A DNA stretch of 61,630 bases from a virus (lineage: Duplodnaviria; Caudoviricetes). The notes beneath the pieces are model-generated. The model worked only from the letters and a program-made list of their open reading frames with translations, was not told the DNA's origin and did not search any database. A program made the translations under genes and the position numbers. Shown here one piece after another: positions 8,768 to 18,581 of this stretch. How positions within the stretch are numbered: the first letter of the stretch is position 1; every line of letters starts with the position of its first letter. Where the stretch lies: positions 1 through 61,630 of the IMG/VR virus record IMGVR_UViG_3300031949_000034; one strand, 5' to 3'.

Positions 8768-9370
8768 CTACCGGGCGCCCTTCCGGGGGTCAAGACGGCC
8801 CCGAAGGTAGCGGTTTTCATCGTCGTACATGACCCGGGGCTCGATGAGCGGAATCGTGGGGTGCTTGCCCGCCATGGCTTCGAACACGAACGTCCGGGCC
8901 AAAACGGCCACGCTCGTTTTCATCTTTCGAGCCCGGAGCTGCAGCGCCCGGTAGGCTCCGTAGGGGATGTTCATGGAGAGGCGATACTTCTTCGGATCGT
9001 TCTGCGGCAGAATGTACCGGCGCCCCTTCCAGTACCAGAGGTGCACTCGCTCCTCGGGCGCCAGGTCCCTGTCCGACAGCAGGAACTCGTGAATGATGCT
9101 CCTCAGTAGCGTTGCGCCCTCCACACCTCGAAAGCGGCACTCCTCGCACCATGCCTCGTAGATGAGATTCGGAAAGTACAGCTCGTAGGTCTTCACGCGC
9201 TTGCCGGCTGGAAACCTCGCCGTGCTCTCACCGGTGATGCGCTCGATGCGGGCACGCGCCCGGACCTCCGCGAGCAGATCGGTCTGGACACCGATCCTCC
9301 TCGCGACCTCGTCGAGCTTTTCGTCCGGGATCGGCCGGACAGCGTGCTGACTCGAGAGCAGCCTCTCCAT
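8768..9370 (-). CDS. putative DNA-binding protein (two RHH-like segments)
   Basis: Basic protein with two strand-helix-helix-like units. Confidence 0.45.
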   Translation of the reverse strand: MERLLSSQHAVRPIPDEKLDEVARRIGVQTDLLAEVRARARIERITGESTARFPAGKRVKTYELYFPNLIYEAWCEECRFRGVEGATLLRSIIHEFLLSDRDLAPEERVHLWYWKGRRYILPQNDPKKYRLSMNIPYGAYRALQLRARKMKTSVAVLARTFVFEAMAGKHPTIPLIEPRVMYDDENRYLRGRLDPRKGAR

Positions 9371-9401
9371 GAGCCACTCCCGGAAGGAGACGCCGCCACC
9401 A

Positions 9402-9722
9402 CTACCCGGCAGGGCTGACGATCCTCTGTCTCTGCACCCAGGTGAGATGCTTCACATCCGATGGGCGGACAGAGACGGCAACGGTCACGCCATTCGGCGC
9501 TTGCATCGTCATGATGAAGAGCAGCTCGTTCTCGGCGCTGCCGCTCGTGATGTGGAAGATGCCTTTGAGCACATCCGTGCCCTCCCGGCCCTCCGGTGTG
9601 ACGGCGGCGACGTAGGGCTCGAAGAGCTGCATCAGCACTTCCTGCCCGTGAAAGTGATGCCAACCCGTGGGAAACGGATCATCAGTCGGTGCTGGCGTGT
9701 TCTCTGCTGCTGGCGTTTCCAT
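9402..9722 (-). CDS. hypothetical protein
   Basis: Start moved to METPAAEN, preceded by AAGGAG. Confidence 0.65.
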   Translation of the reverse strand: METPAAENTPAPTDDPFPTGWHHFHGQEVLMQLFEPYVAAVTPEGREGTDVLKGIFHITSGSAENELLFIMTMQAPNGVTVAVSVRPSDVKHLTWVQRQRIVSPAG

Positions 9723-9723
9723 C

Positions 9724-10821
9724 TCATTCTCCTTCGTGAGCGCCTTCGGTGAGGCGTGCGATCGCTGCGGCATTGCGCTTCTCCCACGTCCACTCGCCGC
9801 GAATGAACGGGGCCTGCTCGAGCGCGGCCTCGTGCAGCTCTGGCCATCGCTGACACGCAAAGGCCATGGCCGCCACGATGTCCTCGGGCTCGACCCTGGG
9901 CGCCACGGCTCCGGGGTAGTCGTCCAGCGGCGCGTCCTCATGGGCGAGGACCTCCACGACGCCAGGCCCGTCCAGGTGCCCTTCCGAGTGCCCGGTCACA
10001 CGCGTTGCCACGACGGGCACTCCGCACGCCCGCGCCTCTAGCGGCACGAGCCCGAACCCCTCTGCTCGAGACGGCTGGCAAACGACGTGAGCGCGGGAGT
10101 AGAGTTGGGTGACGACGTGCAACGGCGACAGCGCGAGCCCAGGCACGACGATCACCTCTTCGGGAGCATGACCAGCCGCGCTCGCCCACCAGATGACGCG
10201 GTTACACTCGAGTGGATTCATGACGACGGTCAGGCTGGCGCGCTTCGGAAGCAGGTTTCGCTTGCGGAGCTCCGCCCAGGCCTCGAGCAGAAGCCTCGTC
10301 CCCTTCCGCTCGGAGTCCGTGCTGGACAGGTGCAGCACCCGAAACTCCCCATCATCGTAGAGCCGGCGAGCCGCGGCGCGGAGCTCGGCGTCGGGCCGGT
10401 AGATGTCCGGGTCGATGCCGTGCGGCGCCGTGACCACCGGGAGCGTCGGGAAGGCCTCCGCCAGAACACCGGCCGCCCACTCGCTCGGAGCAAGCAGGCC
10501 CCCGTCGAGCAGACCCCTCGGGAGCTCCTTCGAGGGTTCCGTGAGCTTTCGAGCGAACTGTGTCGGAAGGTGCTGGGCATTCGGCGCCACGAGCAGCCAG
10601 TGTTCCCTGTGCCCGCCGCAGCGGTGGGCCGCCATGAGGCCGGCAGGCGCTCCGATATTGAGCGACACAGGCGCCATCGCGCCGCCGGGCGAGTCCGGGG
10701 GATCGCCGTCGACCGGGAAGAAGCCCGCGAACGCTGACCAGTAAGTGAGCGCCCGCTGCATGCCGCGCGTCACCTGCGCGAACGAGCTCTGGCCGATGCC
10801 GTAGCCGTAGAGTCGGATCAC
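9724..10821 (-). CDS. glycosyltransferase family 4
   Basis: PHGID, ERKG and PSRAEGFGLVPLEARACGVPVV motifs. Confidence 0.9.
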   Translation of the reverse strand: MIRLYGYGIGQSSFAQVTRGMQRALTYWSAFAGFFPVDGDPPDSPGGAMAPVSLNIGAPAGLMAAHRCGGHREHWLLVAPNAQHLPTQFARKLTEPSKELPRGLLDGGLLAPSEWAAGVLAEAFPTLPVVTAPHGIDPDIYRPDAELRAAARRLYDDGEFRVLHLSSTDSERKGTRLLLEAWAELRKRNLLPKRASLTVVMNPLECNRVIWWASAAGHAPEEVIVVPGLALSPLHVVTQLYSRAHVVCQPSRAEGFGLVPLEARACGVPVVATRVTGHSEGHLDGPGVVEVLAHEDAPLDDYPGAVAPRVEPEDIVAAMAFACQRWPELHEAALEQAPFIRGEWTWEKRNAAAIARLTEGAHEGE

Positions 10822-11057
10822 TGGTTCCACGGAGCCTTTCGGAGCCGCGCCTGCTGCTCCTTGGACATGTAGTCCCAGTGCAAGCACTTCGGCCCGCAGA
10901 GGTGTCCGCTCATCGCCTCAATAGGATCGGCGCCGGCCTTCACGGCATCCGCGTAGAACCGCGCCCTGTCTACGATCTCGCCGACGGTCATCTTGCGGAC
11001 CTTCTCCCAGAAGGCCTTCGTGTGCTGCCGGTCTTCTGTCGCCTTTGCTTTCTTCAT
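10818..11057 (-). CDS. hypothetical protein
   Basis: Overlaps both neighbours by 4 bp. Confidence 0.6.
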   Translation of the reverse strand: MKKAKATEDRQHTKAFWEKVRKMTVGEIVDRARFYADAVKAGADPIEAMSGHLCGPKCLHWDYMSKEQQARLRKAPWNQ

Positions 11058-12403
11058 CCGAAGCCTCCTGCCATGGCGAGTTCGTCTTCCACGGCCGCGT
11101 TGAGGCGACCCGCGAGCTGAAGCACGTGCGCTCGCATCTCCTCGCCTACGACACCAGACAGGTATCGGTTCAGGTGGGCGCGATGCACGCGGGCAGGCGG
11201 CGGAGCCGCGCGTCGCAGCGCCGTTACGATGTCCTCGTGACTAGCCACTGCCCACTCAGCATTGCTCTCCCACCCGTATTCCGGCTGTTCCACAGGCTCT
11301 AGCCTCCACGGGATCCGCACGAATGACGGCTCGTCCTCGGCGTATTCTTCCGATCCTCCGTACCCGGTATGCACGAGCGTGTTGCCGGCCGCCACCGCGT
11401 CAAACGCCGGCAGGTCCCAAGCCTCTCCCCGGGAGACGCTCACGTAGATGTTGTTCGCGCGGTGAAGTTCGTTGAGCTCGCTCGCCGAGACCATGCGACT
11501 CGAGACACGCACCCGCTGCCGAATCGTCTCCGGCGTCCACGCAGGGCAGAGCGGCGCCCACCAGGCGAGACTTTGCGCGGGAGACGGGTACTTCTCCCAT
11601 TTGCCCCATGAGCCCGTCTTGATGAAAAGAGACGCCCGATCCTTCGGGGTGAACGCCTGCAGAAACGCACCGATGAGCGCGTGGTAGTTCTTGCGCGGCT
11701 CCCACTTGCCGATGGCGTAGAACCGCTTGCCGTACGGAACCGCGTCCGATCCGTAGGGAGCGCCGATCTGGCTCGGCCCATGCGTGCGCGGCTCGTACGG
11801 ACAGGGCACGACCTTGGTCCGAATGCCGGCCGATAGGAACACCTCGGCGTTGCGCTCGCACGGCACCCAGACCTGCCCGACGCGGCCGAGGACCTCGGCG
11901 AGCTCCCGGCTCAGCGTGGAGCGCTCCCAGCTCGTGTAGACGATGCTGGCCGCGTACACCGCCCGCTCAGCCTCGAAGCCGCTGAGCCGTGCGCCAGGCG
12001 GGCATACCTGGTACTCGAGCTGCCGTGGATGCTGGATGATCATGTGGTGGATCGCGATGGGCACCTTCGAGAACGAGATCCGCCGGAGCCAGTCGACCTG
12101 GCGGATGACGTCCGGAGCGATGTCCGAGTCCACCAGGAATCTCGGATCGGCCAGGTGCCGGAGAGCCACCGGTAGCCCGCTTCCAGCGAGAGCCACGACG
12201 CTCCGCCGGCTGTGCTCACCGAGACCGTCGAACGCGCTCCTCCACGGGGCGTAGTAGTTCACGCCGATGGGCAGGAGCGCCGCCTCGCCTGGCGCTGCGA
12301 CCTCGTTCTCGAAGTCCGCGTCGCTCGGACTCGGCGCCGCTTCCCCCTCGAGCATACTCGAGGGGGCCCGGTACCGCTCCACCAACTGGGGGAGAGTGCT
12401 CAC
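11054..12403 (-). CDS. glycosyltransferase family 4
   Basis: WEPRKN and SRGEAWDLPAFDAVAAG (EX7D variant). Confidence 0.88.
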   Translation of the reverse strand: MSTLPQLVERYRAPSSMLEGEAAPSPSDADFENEVAAPGEAALLPIGVNYYAPWRSAFDGLGEHSRRSVVALAGSGLPVALRHLADPRFLVDSDIAPDVIRQVDWLRRISFSKVPIAIHHMIIQHPRQLEYQVCPPGARLSGFEAERAVYAASIVYTSWERSTLSRELAEVLGRVGQVWVPCERNAEVFLSAGIRTKVVPCPYEPRTHGPSQIGAPYGSDAVPYGKRFYAIGKWEPRKNYHALIGAFLQAFTPKDRASLFIKTGSWGKWEKYPSPAQSLAWWAPLCPAWTPETIRQRVRVSSRMVSASELNELHRANNIYVSVSRGEAWDLPAFDAVAAGNTLVHTGYGGSEEYAEDEPSFVRIPWRLEPVEQPEYGWESNAEWAVASHEDIVTALRRAAPPPARVHRAHLNRYLSGVVGEEMRAHVLQLAGRLNAAVEDELAMAGGFG

Positions 12404-12711
12404 TACTCCTCGATGATCCCGTAGATGTCGTCGTCCGTCATCAGGCGGTAGTCCTTCCTGTCCGGCCCCTGAAACTCGTTGCCCGAGTACTTGCCGTACA
12501 GGACTCGCTGTCCGGCCTTCACGGGCACCTCGATGAACATTCCGGTCTTCTCATTCACCTTGCCGGGACCTGCGGCGATCACGGTACCGCGCGTGAGCGG
12601 CTGCTTGGCCGTCTGCGGGACAATGATGCCGCCAGGCGTCTTCTCATCGGCGTCGTCGACTGCGACAAGCACCTTGTTCTGGATGGGCTTCAGGCTTCGG
12701 ATGTCTTTCAT
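12403..12711 (-). CDS. groES: co-chaperonin GroES
   Basis: LKPIQNKVLV, KTPGGIIVP, VKAGQRVLYGKYSG. Confidence 0.95.
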   Translation of the reverse strand: MKDIRSLKPIQNKVLVAVDDADEKTPGGIIVPQTAKQPLTRGTVIAAGPGKVNEKTGMFIEVPVKAGQRVLYGKYSGNEFQGPDRKDYRLMTDDDIYGIIEE

Positions 12712-12722
12712 GTTCGTCTCCT

Positions 12723-14438
12723 TTATTCTGCAGCTGTTGCTCGTTCGGCCGGACGGTGATGCTCCGGATACTGGCGCAGGAACTCCTCCGCAAGACGCTT
12801 CACATGCGCGCCCGCCGTGTCATGCTGCACGAGCCCCCGCTGCCCATCGGGGTCGCGCAGCCCCTCGAGCTGCTCTCGCTTCACTCCCAGCACGTCCGCC
12901 ACCACCGGGTCGGAGCCGTTGTCCGTGAGCAGGTAGTACGACACCACCGGGTCGGGCTGCCCGTCACGATCGATCCGCCCCTCGCACTGCTCGTGCGCGG
13001 ACGGGCTCCAGTCGAGCTCGCCGTGCACCACCGTGCGACAGCCGCTGTACTGAAGCCCATCGAGCCCTGCCCCTGAGCGGAGCGACACGATCATCACCCG
13101 CGCTGCTCCCTTGCAGAAGGCCTGTTTCGACTTGTCCTTCTCAGCGGGCGACTCCGTACCTGTGTAGAGCACCGGGCTGAACTCCTTCAACAGCTCGAGC
13201 CACACGTCGAATACGGCGCGGTGCCAGCCAAAGAGCAAAACGCGGGGCTCTGCCGCGAGCGTCATCCTCACGAACTCCGCGACGTACGGGGCCTTGGCGA
13301 TCCCAGTCGCCTGTCGAAGCCTCATATCGAACTCGCCACCGGCGCGGAACTGCTCCCCCTTGGCCAGCTCGCGCCCTGCCTGCCCGAGGATGATCCGAGC
13401 GAGCTCGCCGGCGGAGCCCCTGATCGAGGCAATCGCCGAGGTGTCGCAGTTCACGTAGTGCGGCACTCGTGTGAGCCCCTTGAGCTCTCGGCCGACGTCC
13501 TGCCGCGTGCGCCGGAGCATCAGGCCGGCCGATCGCATGTACGCTCCGAAGGCCTCCGGCTCCTTGAGCGCCCCGCCAGAACACCACTCCTGCACGAACT
13601 CCTCGCGGTCGCCGAGTGCCCCGGGGCGGAGGGTGTTCATGATGTAGAACATCTCCCCGCCGAGATTGAAGATCGGTGTGGCGGTCAATCCGACCCGGAA
13701 CTCCGCCGCGTCCGCAATCACCTTCGCCGCAGTGCACTTCGCGCTGCCCTTGACACGAGACTCATAGGGGCCACGGCGAAGTTCATGGGCCTCGTCGAAC
13801 GCGACGAGCTTCACCACGCCCGCGAGCGTCTCCGCCCACCCGTGTAGCTTCGAGTACGTGCAGATGAGCACATCCGGACTGGTCTTCACGGAGTAGTCAT
13901 AGGGCTCGCTCTGCTTCAGGATGTGCACGGACAGCTGCGGCGCAAACCTCCCGATCTCGTCGCGCCATTGCCGCTGCAGATGTGCCGGCAATACCACGAG
14001 CGCGGGCCGGGTCCGCGGATCGGTGAGCATGCAGATCACGCAGAGTGACTTCCCGGTGCCGAGCTCGTCTCCGATCAAGAGCCCCCGTGTCGCGAGGGCT
14101 AGCCGCGCCGCGGCGGCCTGGTAGTCCCGCGCAGGCATTGCGAGCGCGAAGGGTGTCCCCTTCGTCCGCCGCGCGAGCAGGCGTTCCACGAGCGTGTCTC
14201 GCTCCTGGTGCTCCGCCTCCCGCTTGGCCAGGTAGTCCTCCGGCGTGACCTTGAGCGGGTAGCGGCGGCAAAACCAGGCAAGATCGCGGCACACATCGAT
14301 CGTGTCCGACAGCACGATGGGGGACACCCTTCCCTTCGCAATGCCGCCGAAGGTGCGCTTCAGCCGAAGGATGACGTGCGGCTCCGCCCGGATCACCCAT
14401 TTGCCCTTACTGAGCTTGGCCGTGCCGAGCGTCTTCAT
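12723..14438 (-). CDS. SNF2-family helicase
   Basis: DELGTGKS, DEAH, LTATP, GAGLDGLQ, QCEGRIDRDGQ. Confidence 0.92.
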   Translation of the reverse strand: MKTLGTAKLSKGKWVIRAEPHVILRLKRTFGGIAKGRVSPIVLSDTIDVCRDLAWFCRRYPLKVTPEDYLAKREAEHQERDTLVERLLARRTKGTPFALAMPARDYQAAAARLALATRGLLIGDELGTGKSLCVICMLTDPRTRPALVVLPAHLQRQWRDEIGRFAPQLSVHILKQSEPYDYSVKTSPDVLICTYSKLHGWAETLAGVVKLVAFDEAHELRRGPYESRVKGSAKCTAAKVIADAAEFRVGLTATPIFNLGGEMFYIMNTLRPGALGDREEFVQEWCSGGALKEPEAFGAYMRSAGLMLRRTRQDVGRELKGLTRVPHYVNCDTSAIASIRGSAGELARIILGQAGRELAKGEQFRAGGEFDMRLRQATGIAKAPYVAEFVRMTLAAEPRVLLFGWHRAVFDVWLELLKEFSPVLYTGTESPAEKDKSKQAFCKGAARVMIVSLRSGAGLDGLQYSGCRTVVHGELDWSPSAHEQCEGRIDRDGQPDPVVSYYLLTDNGSDPVVADVLGVKREQLEGLRDPDGQRGLVQHDTAGAHVKRLAEEFLRQYPEHHRPAERATAAE

Positions 14439-14785
14439 AGAAACCCCCACTGCATGGCGACACGCACCGGTTTGCCGTTGAGCTCGGTCGGCACGGCAAC
14501 GAGTTGCATCCGGCTGGTCACTAGCAGCAACTCACTGACGCGCTCATGCTGAGCGTAGCGGGACAGCTGCCTGGTCACCTCGGTGACCCCTCCTTTGATC
14601 TTCACCTCGACCGCGACGCCGCCGACCATGAAGTCCGGGCGGTCCTTCCCGGAGAGGCGCGGCTCTCGCTCGAATGGAATACCCAGCCGGACGAGCGCGC
14701 GCGCGATGTCCTGCTGCAGATGCTCCTCGGTACCAGTGCGCATACGTACGGCCTCCAGTTTGACAGCGAGCGCAAGCGCCGTCAC
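14435..14785 (-). CDS. small PD-(D/E)XK nuclease-like protein
   Basis: RPDFMVGGVAVEVK ... QLSRY. Confidence 0.7.
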   Translation of the reverse strand: MTALALAVKLEAVRMRTGTEEHLQQDIARALVRLGIPFEREPRLSGKDRPDFMVGGVAVEVKIKGGVTEVTRQLSRYAQHERVSELLLVTSRMQLVAVPTELNGKPVRVAMQWGFL

Positions 14786-14798
14786 GAGTCTCCCTGGT

Positions 14799-15150
14799 TG
14801 GTGGAGCCGCCGGGAATCGAACCCGGGTCCGCTGCCGCTCCGAAAGGACCTCGCTCACGTGCGTAGCCCGGATGAGCTCCGGGCGGGCTTGGTGCCCGGG
14901 GGCGCGGCACCTCCACCACTGCATGTGGAGCACGGCGGGGCGCCATGCAGAGCCTCCCCGCCGCTCGGCGTCGTGTTGACGGCGCTACACTACCACGCAG
15001 ATCTCGTGCAGAACCGCTCGTGGCTACGCGGCCACGAGTTGCGCGTTGTCGTTCTCGACTAGCGTGTGCTGCTTTGATTACGGAAGACGCAGCGCTCCCG
15101 GCACGGTCAGTCCCTTCGTCGCAGGCCGCGTCGAAACCTATTTCGGCCCC
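14799..15150 (-). ncRNA. ssrA: tmRNA, 352 nt, tag (A)ENDNAQLVAA
   Basis: 5' GGGGCCG...TTCGAC; 3' GGTTCGATTCCCGGCGGCTCCACCA; G3-U acceptor pair; tag frame 15056-15024. Confidence 0.95.
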
Positions 15151-15647
15151 TTGAAATTCAGGAGGGCAAAGCCTCCGAAATGCTTTTTGGCCGCGGCATC
15201 GTATGCCTGCGCAGCGGCCCGTGGCGACTTGAACCTGCCCAGATGACAAGTGCGTCCACTGATCGTGATCACCGCCCGCCACTCGCGTCGGTGCGGATCC
15301 CACTTGATGCCTTTGTATGGAGCCGCAGAGTCGCGGCGCTTGGCCCGATTGCCCTGATTCTGTGTAGCAGTCGCAATCCGCAGGTTCCGGCGTCGATTGT
15401 CCAGCGGATCGCGATTGCGATGATCCACCAGGCATCGCTCCGACGTAAGGCCTAACACGACCCTGTGTAGCAATCGCTTTTTGACCTTTCCACATGCTCG
15501 GTAGTCGTTGACCACGTACCTTGGCTTTAGCGAACCCCTTCGTCGCTTGGCGAGCCGCCACGTGAATACGACAATCCGCTCGTAGTCTCGACGGTCGACA
15601 AGGGCAGGACGGGCTGAGCCACGAACAAGTATAGTCCTGCTCGTCAA
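15138..15647 (-). CDS. HNH-AP2 homing endonuclease
   Basis: LHRVV, VDHRNRDPLDNRRRNLR, then AP2 (YKGI, WRAVI, HLGRF, AAQAYD); TTG start inferred. Confidence 0.9.
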   Translation of the reverse strand: MTSRTILVRGSARPALVDRRDYERIVVFTWRLAKRRRGSLKPRYVVNDYRACGKVKKRLLHRVVLGLTSERCLVDHRNRDPLDNRRRNLRIATATQNQGNRAKRRDSAAPYKGIKWDPHRREWRAVITISGRTCHLGRFKSPRAAAQAYDAAAKKHFGGFALLNFKGPK

Positions 15648-16210
15648 GCACTGCGCACCTTGCTGTCGATGATGGTCGCGTGCCAGAGCCCGCAACTGTC
15701 GCACTTGATCGTCTCGTCGCAGGTGACGGTGCCGCAGATCTTCACGTGCAGTGGTTTGCCGTCCGGATCCCGAAGCTCCACGAACGTCCCCGCTAGCCGG
15801 GTGTCGAGATGGAACTTCCTATTGCTGTTCATGACCTTCATCTGAGCAAGGCCATGCGTCTCCCCGCGCTCGAGGCAGCGCGGGCACACGAGCGTGAAGC
15901 CGGTGTCGTCCGCGGTCGCGAAGAACTCGGAGACACACTCCTGCTTCGTCGTCCCGTCGGCGTTCAGGTAGTAGAGCACCAACTGCGGGTGGCCGCGGTC
16001 CATCATGTTCAGGCTGTGGAGCCTGGACGCCACGAAGCCGCCATCAGTGATGGCATCGCCGGCGGCCACGGCCTGCCGCTGCTTGGCGACCTGGCGCTCT
16101 CCGGCAGCTTGCGCCTCACGCGCTAGGTGGCGCTGCTTGTCGTGCCTGGCGCTGGTCGTGCCTCCGCGAAAGAGTACTCCGCCAGCAGGCGGCGCCTTCG
16201 GGTTGGACAT
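15644..16210 (-). CDS. Zn-binding hypothetical protein
   Basis: CPRC and CDSCG motifs; own promoter. Confidence 0.65.
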   Translation of the reverse strand: MSNPKAPPAGGVLFRGGTTSARHDKQRHLAREAQAAGERQVAKQRQAVAAGDAITDGGFVASRLHSLNMMDRGHPQLVLYYLNADGTTKQECVSEFFATADDTGFTLVCPRCLERGETHGLAQMKVMNSNRKFHLDTRLAGTFVELRDPDGKPLHVKICGTVTCDETIKCDSCGLWHATIIDSKVRSA

Positions 16211-16217
16211 TGCTCCA

Positions 16218-16246
16218 CGGCTAGCAGAGCTATCTCAGCGGGTCAA
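16218..16246 (-). promoter_or_regulatory. promoter TTGACC-N17-TAGCCG with AGATAGCT box
   Basis: Directly upstream of 16210. Confidence 0.55.
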
Positions 16247-16542
16247 CGAAGATAAGATATCCCGCGTTTTACGAGCCGCTGATGCATGATCCGCTGCACC
16301 ACGATGCCGCTCGCAATGCTGACCACCAGCGAGGTCGCGATCGTCAGGAAGAGCTCGCCCCGGTACCACGGCAAGGGCGGCAGGCGCCCCTCCTGACATC
16401 CTTCGCAGCCCGGGTGAGTGTCGCCGTCCTCGCAGACCGTGCAGCCGCCGTTCGAGAGATACGAGCAATGCGGGCAGACGAAGACCGCCGCCCGGGTTTG
16501 CCCGAGCGGCTGCCTCATCACGATGCCGAGGCCCGCGTACAA
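16243..16542 (-). CDS. small Cys-rich membrane protein
   Basis: CxxC motifs and C-terminal hydrophobic helix. Confidence 0.55.
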   Translation of the reverse strand: MYAGLGIVMRQPLGQTRAAVFVCPHCSYLSNGGCTVCEDGDTHPGCEGCQEGRLPPLPWYRGELFLTIATSLVVSIASGIVVQRIMHQRLVKRGISYLR

Positions 16543-16549
16543 GACGCCT

Positions 16550-16897
16550 CTACCTCTTCGGCCCCTGCCACCAGGCGTAGCCGAAGAGGACTCCCATCAC
16601 GATGCCGCCGGCGGCGGCGAGCATGACGTGGCCCCACGTCGTCTCGTTGTACTGGTCGCTCTCGATGGCGCCGATGCTGGCCCCCGAGCAGCCACAGCCC
16701 GAGAGCGGGGCGTAGCGAGGCAGCACGGCCTGGTTCACGGCGACGGTGCTCGCTTCGTAGTACTCGCCGACGCCCACCCGGCGGGGCCCCGCTCGGTAGG
16801 GGTTCGTGCCCCAGCCGGGGACGGGGGCGTGCTGCCAGCCCGGGGTGCCGGCGGGGCCTTCGCGGTACATGTCGTCGGTGACGGTGTAGAGGCTCAT
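16550..16897 (-). CDS. tail-anchored putative virion membrane protein
   Basis: GVGEYY motif and C-terminal TM. Confidence 0.7.
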   Translation of the reverse strand: MSLYTVTDDMYREGPAGTPGWQHAPVPGWGTNPYRAGPRRVGVGEYYEASTVAVNQAVLPRYAPLSGCGCSGASIGAIESDQYNETTWGHVMLAAAGGIVMGVLFGYAWWQGPKR

Positions 16898-16905
16898 GGC
16901 TTCTC

Positions 16906-17643
16906 CTAAACTCTCTGTGCGTGCGACTCTCGCGCCTGATCGAGGAGGTCCTTCGCGAGCTCGTCGAGCTCCTCGTCTGTGTCATCGGCACCGATGGTGC
17001 CCGCGCCCCAGTCGCCGCGGTGATCGGTGTCGTCCCCCGCGTCTCCGGTATGCAGATCCCAGTCGAGATCGCCGCCCCACCGCCGCACCTGCAGACGGAC
17101 GTCGATCTCGTCGAAGTCCTCCTTCTTGGCGTAGGCGCGCTCTTCCTTCAGCATGCGGCGGAGTTCGTCGAGCACCGCGCCGTCCTCGAGCCGCTCCGTC
17201 AGGACATTGTATTCGGCGCCGGCATGGATCTCGTCACCGCCCCACTCCCAGCTCGGGATGTAGTGCCCGTGCTTCATCGTGGTGTGGCCGATCTGTGTGA
17301 GATCCTGTTCTGCGTGCTGGGCGACCTTTTCGAACTCGCTATCCCCGTGGTCCGGCCAGTCGGGCTGCCACCTGATGTTGAGGTCCTCAGCGGCCTCCTT
17401 CAGATCCGCTTCCGTCACGTCGACCAGGATGCCCGGCGCGTTGTCATCGAGCCACTCGACGGACTCCTCGAAGGCGGTCTCGAAGTCGTCCGCCCAGACG
17501 TACACGATCGTGTCGCCGTAGGCCCCAAACCACATCCGGTAGAGGTTCGACTTGTTGTCGTTCGCCTCGAGCATCGGGGCCGTCTCGGCCTCCTCGGTCT
17601 TGCTCGGGCCGTTCCGTCGCTGCGTTCGCGGCTTACTCGTCAT
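16906..17643 (-). CDS. acidic hypothetical protein
   Basis: D/E-rich globular sequence. Confidence 0.7.
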   Translation of the reverse strand: MTSKPRTQRRNGPSKTEEAETAPMLEANDNKSNLYRMWFGAYGDTIVYVWADDFETAFEESVEWLDDNAPGILVDVTEADLKEAAEDLNIRWQPDWPDHGDSEFEKVAQHAEQDLTQIGHTTMKHGHYIPSWEWGGDEIHAGAEYNVLTERLEDGAVLDELRRMLKEERAYAKKEDFDEIDVRLQVRRWGGDLDWDLHTGDAGDDTDHRGDWGAGTIGADDTDEELDELAKDLLDQARESHAQRV

Positions 17644-18097
17644 CGTCGTTGTACTCCGGTTCGCGGCCTTCCTCATCGAGTCCGTACGCCTGCCGCTCTA
17701 TGGCGCGCCCCAGCTCACTCTCCTCAGCCTTCTCGCGCTCGTGCTGCTCGAGCCAGTCTCCCCAGCTCGCCATCACGAACGCCCCCTTCGCCGTGTCGTA
17801 GCCGATTGTCTGTACGTACGGATCGCCCATGTTCACGTATAGGAAAATGATATTTTCGTAGTAGTCGAGCCTGACATCATCGTCCCAGAGTTCCTCGACG
17901 CCGTGCCCCTCCAGAAGCTCGCTTGCTCGCTCAAGGACGCCACCCACGTCCGCCGGACCCTCCGCGCCCCGCATCTCCCGTAGGAGCGCCCGGGCCGCCT
18001 CCTCATCAAGCGCGTCCGGGTCATGCGACGTTCGTCGAGCGTCACGGAAAAGCCCCTTGATGTCTCGCAGAGCCTGGGCGGAGTCCACGGAAGGCAT
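17633..18097 (-). CDS. acidic hypothetical protein
   Basis: HGVE...YVNMGDPY; operon packing. Confidence 0.7.
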   Translation of the reverse strand: MPSVDSAQALRDIKGLFRDARRTSHDPDALDEEAARALLREMRGAEGPADVGGVLERASELLEGHGVEELWDDDVRLDYYENIIFLYVNMGDPYVQTIGYDTAKGAFVMASWGDWLEQHEREKAEESELGRAIERQAYGLDEEGREPEYNDDDE

Positions 18098-18101
18098 CCT
18101 A

Positions 18102-18581
18102 TCACCCTTTCTTGATCCACCACGCGGCCAGGCCCACGCCGAGGAGCGTGGTCGCCGTGAGGAGGAGGAGCGCCTTCAGGGCATCTTCCTTGATGAGGTT
18201 CGTCTGGGCTAGGAAGACCCCGAGCTCGCCCTCGAGCATGGGGCTCACCTGCTCGCGGAGCACCTCGTCCACGAGCACCGGCACGAAGTACTTCATGTCG
18301 TCTTCGATTCCGACGACGAGTTGCTCGAGCTTCGGCTGCGCCTGAGTCCAGACGTTATCGACGATGCCGGGGAGCTCGCGATCGAGCTGCACGCGGATGT
18401 CGTTGATCAACTGGTTGACCGGCATCTTGATGACGGTCTCGCCGAGGAGCGGCAGATCCACCTTGTAGCCGATCTCGCACGGGTCCCTCTGCGGGTTGTC
18501 CCGATTGAACGTGCTCGGCGGGCACCAGCTAGGCGCGCCGAGCCCGAGGAGCTTTCCCTGAAGCGCGCCGTGGTAGCTCAC
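18102..18581 (-). CDS. tail-anchored membrane protein
   Basis: LLGLG near the N-terminus; C-terminal TM followed by KK. Confidence 0.7.
   Translation of the reverse strand: MSYHGALQGKLLGLGAPSWCPPSTFNRDNPQRDPCEIGYKVDLPLLGETVIKMPVNQLINDIRVQLDRELPGIVDNVWTQAQPKLEQLVVGIEDDMKYFVPVLVDEVLREQVSPMLEGELGVFLAQTNLIKEDALKALLLLTATTLLGVGLAAWWIKKG

Noticed and set aside
14799-14830. tRNA gene or att remnant
   Set aside because: The matching 5' end and tag frame show it is the 3' end of a complete tmRNA.
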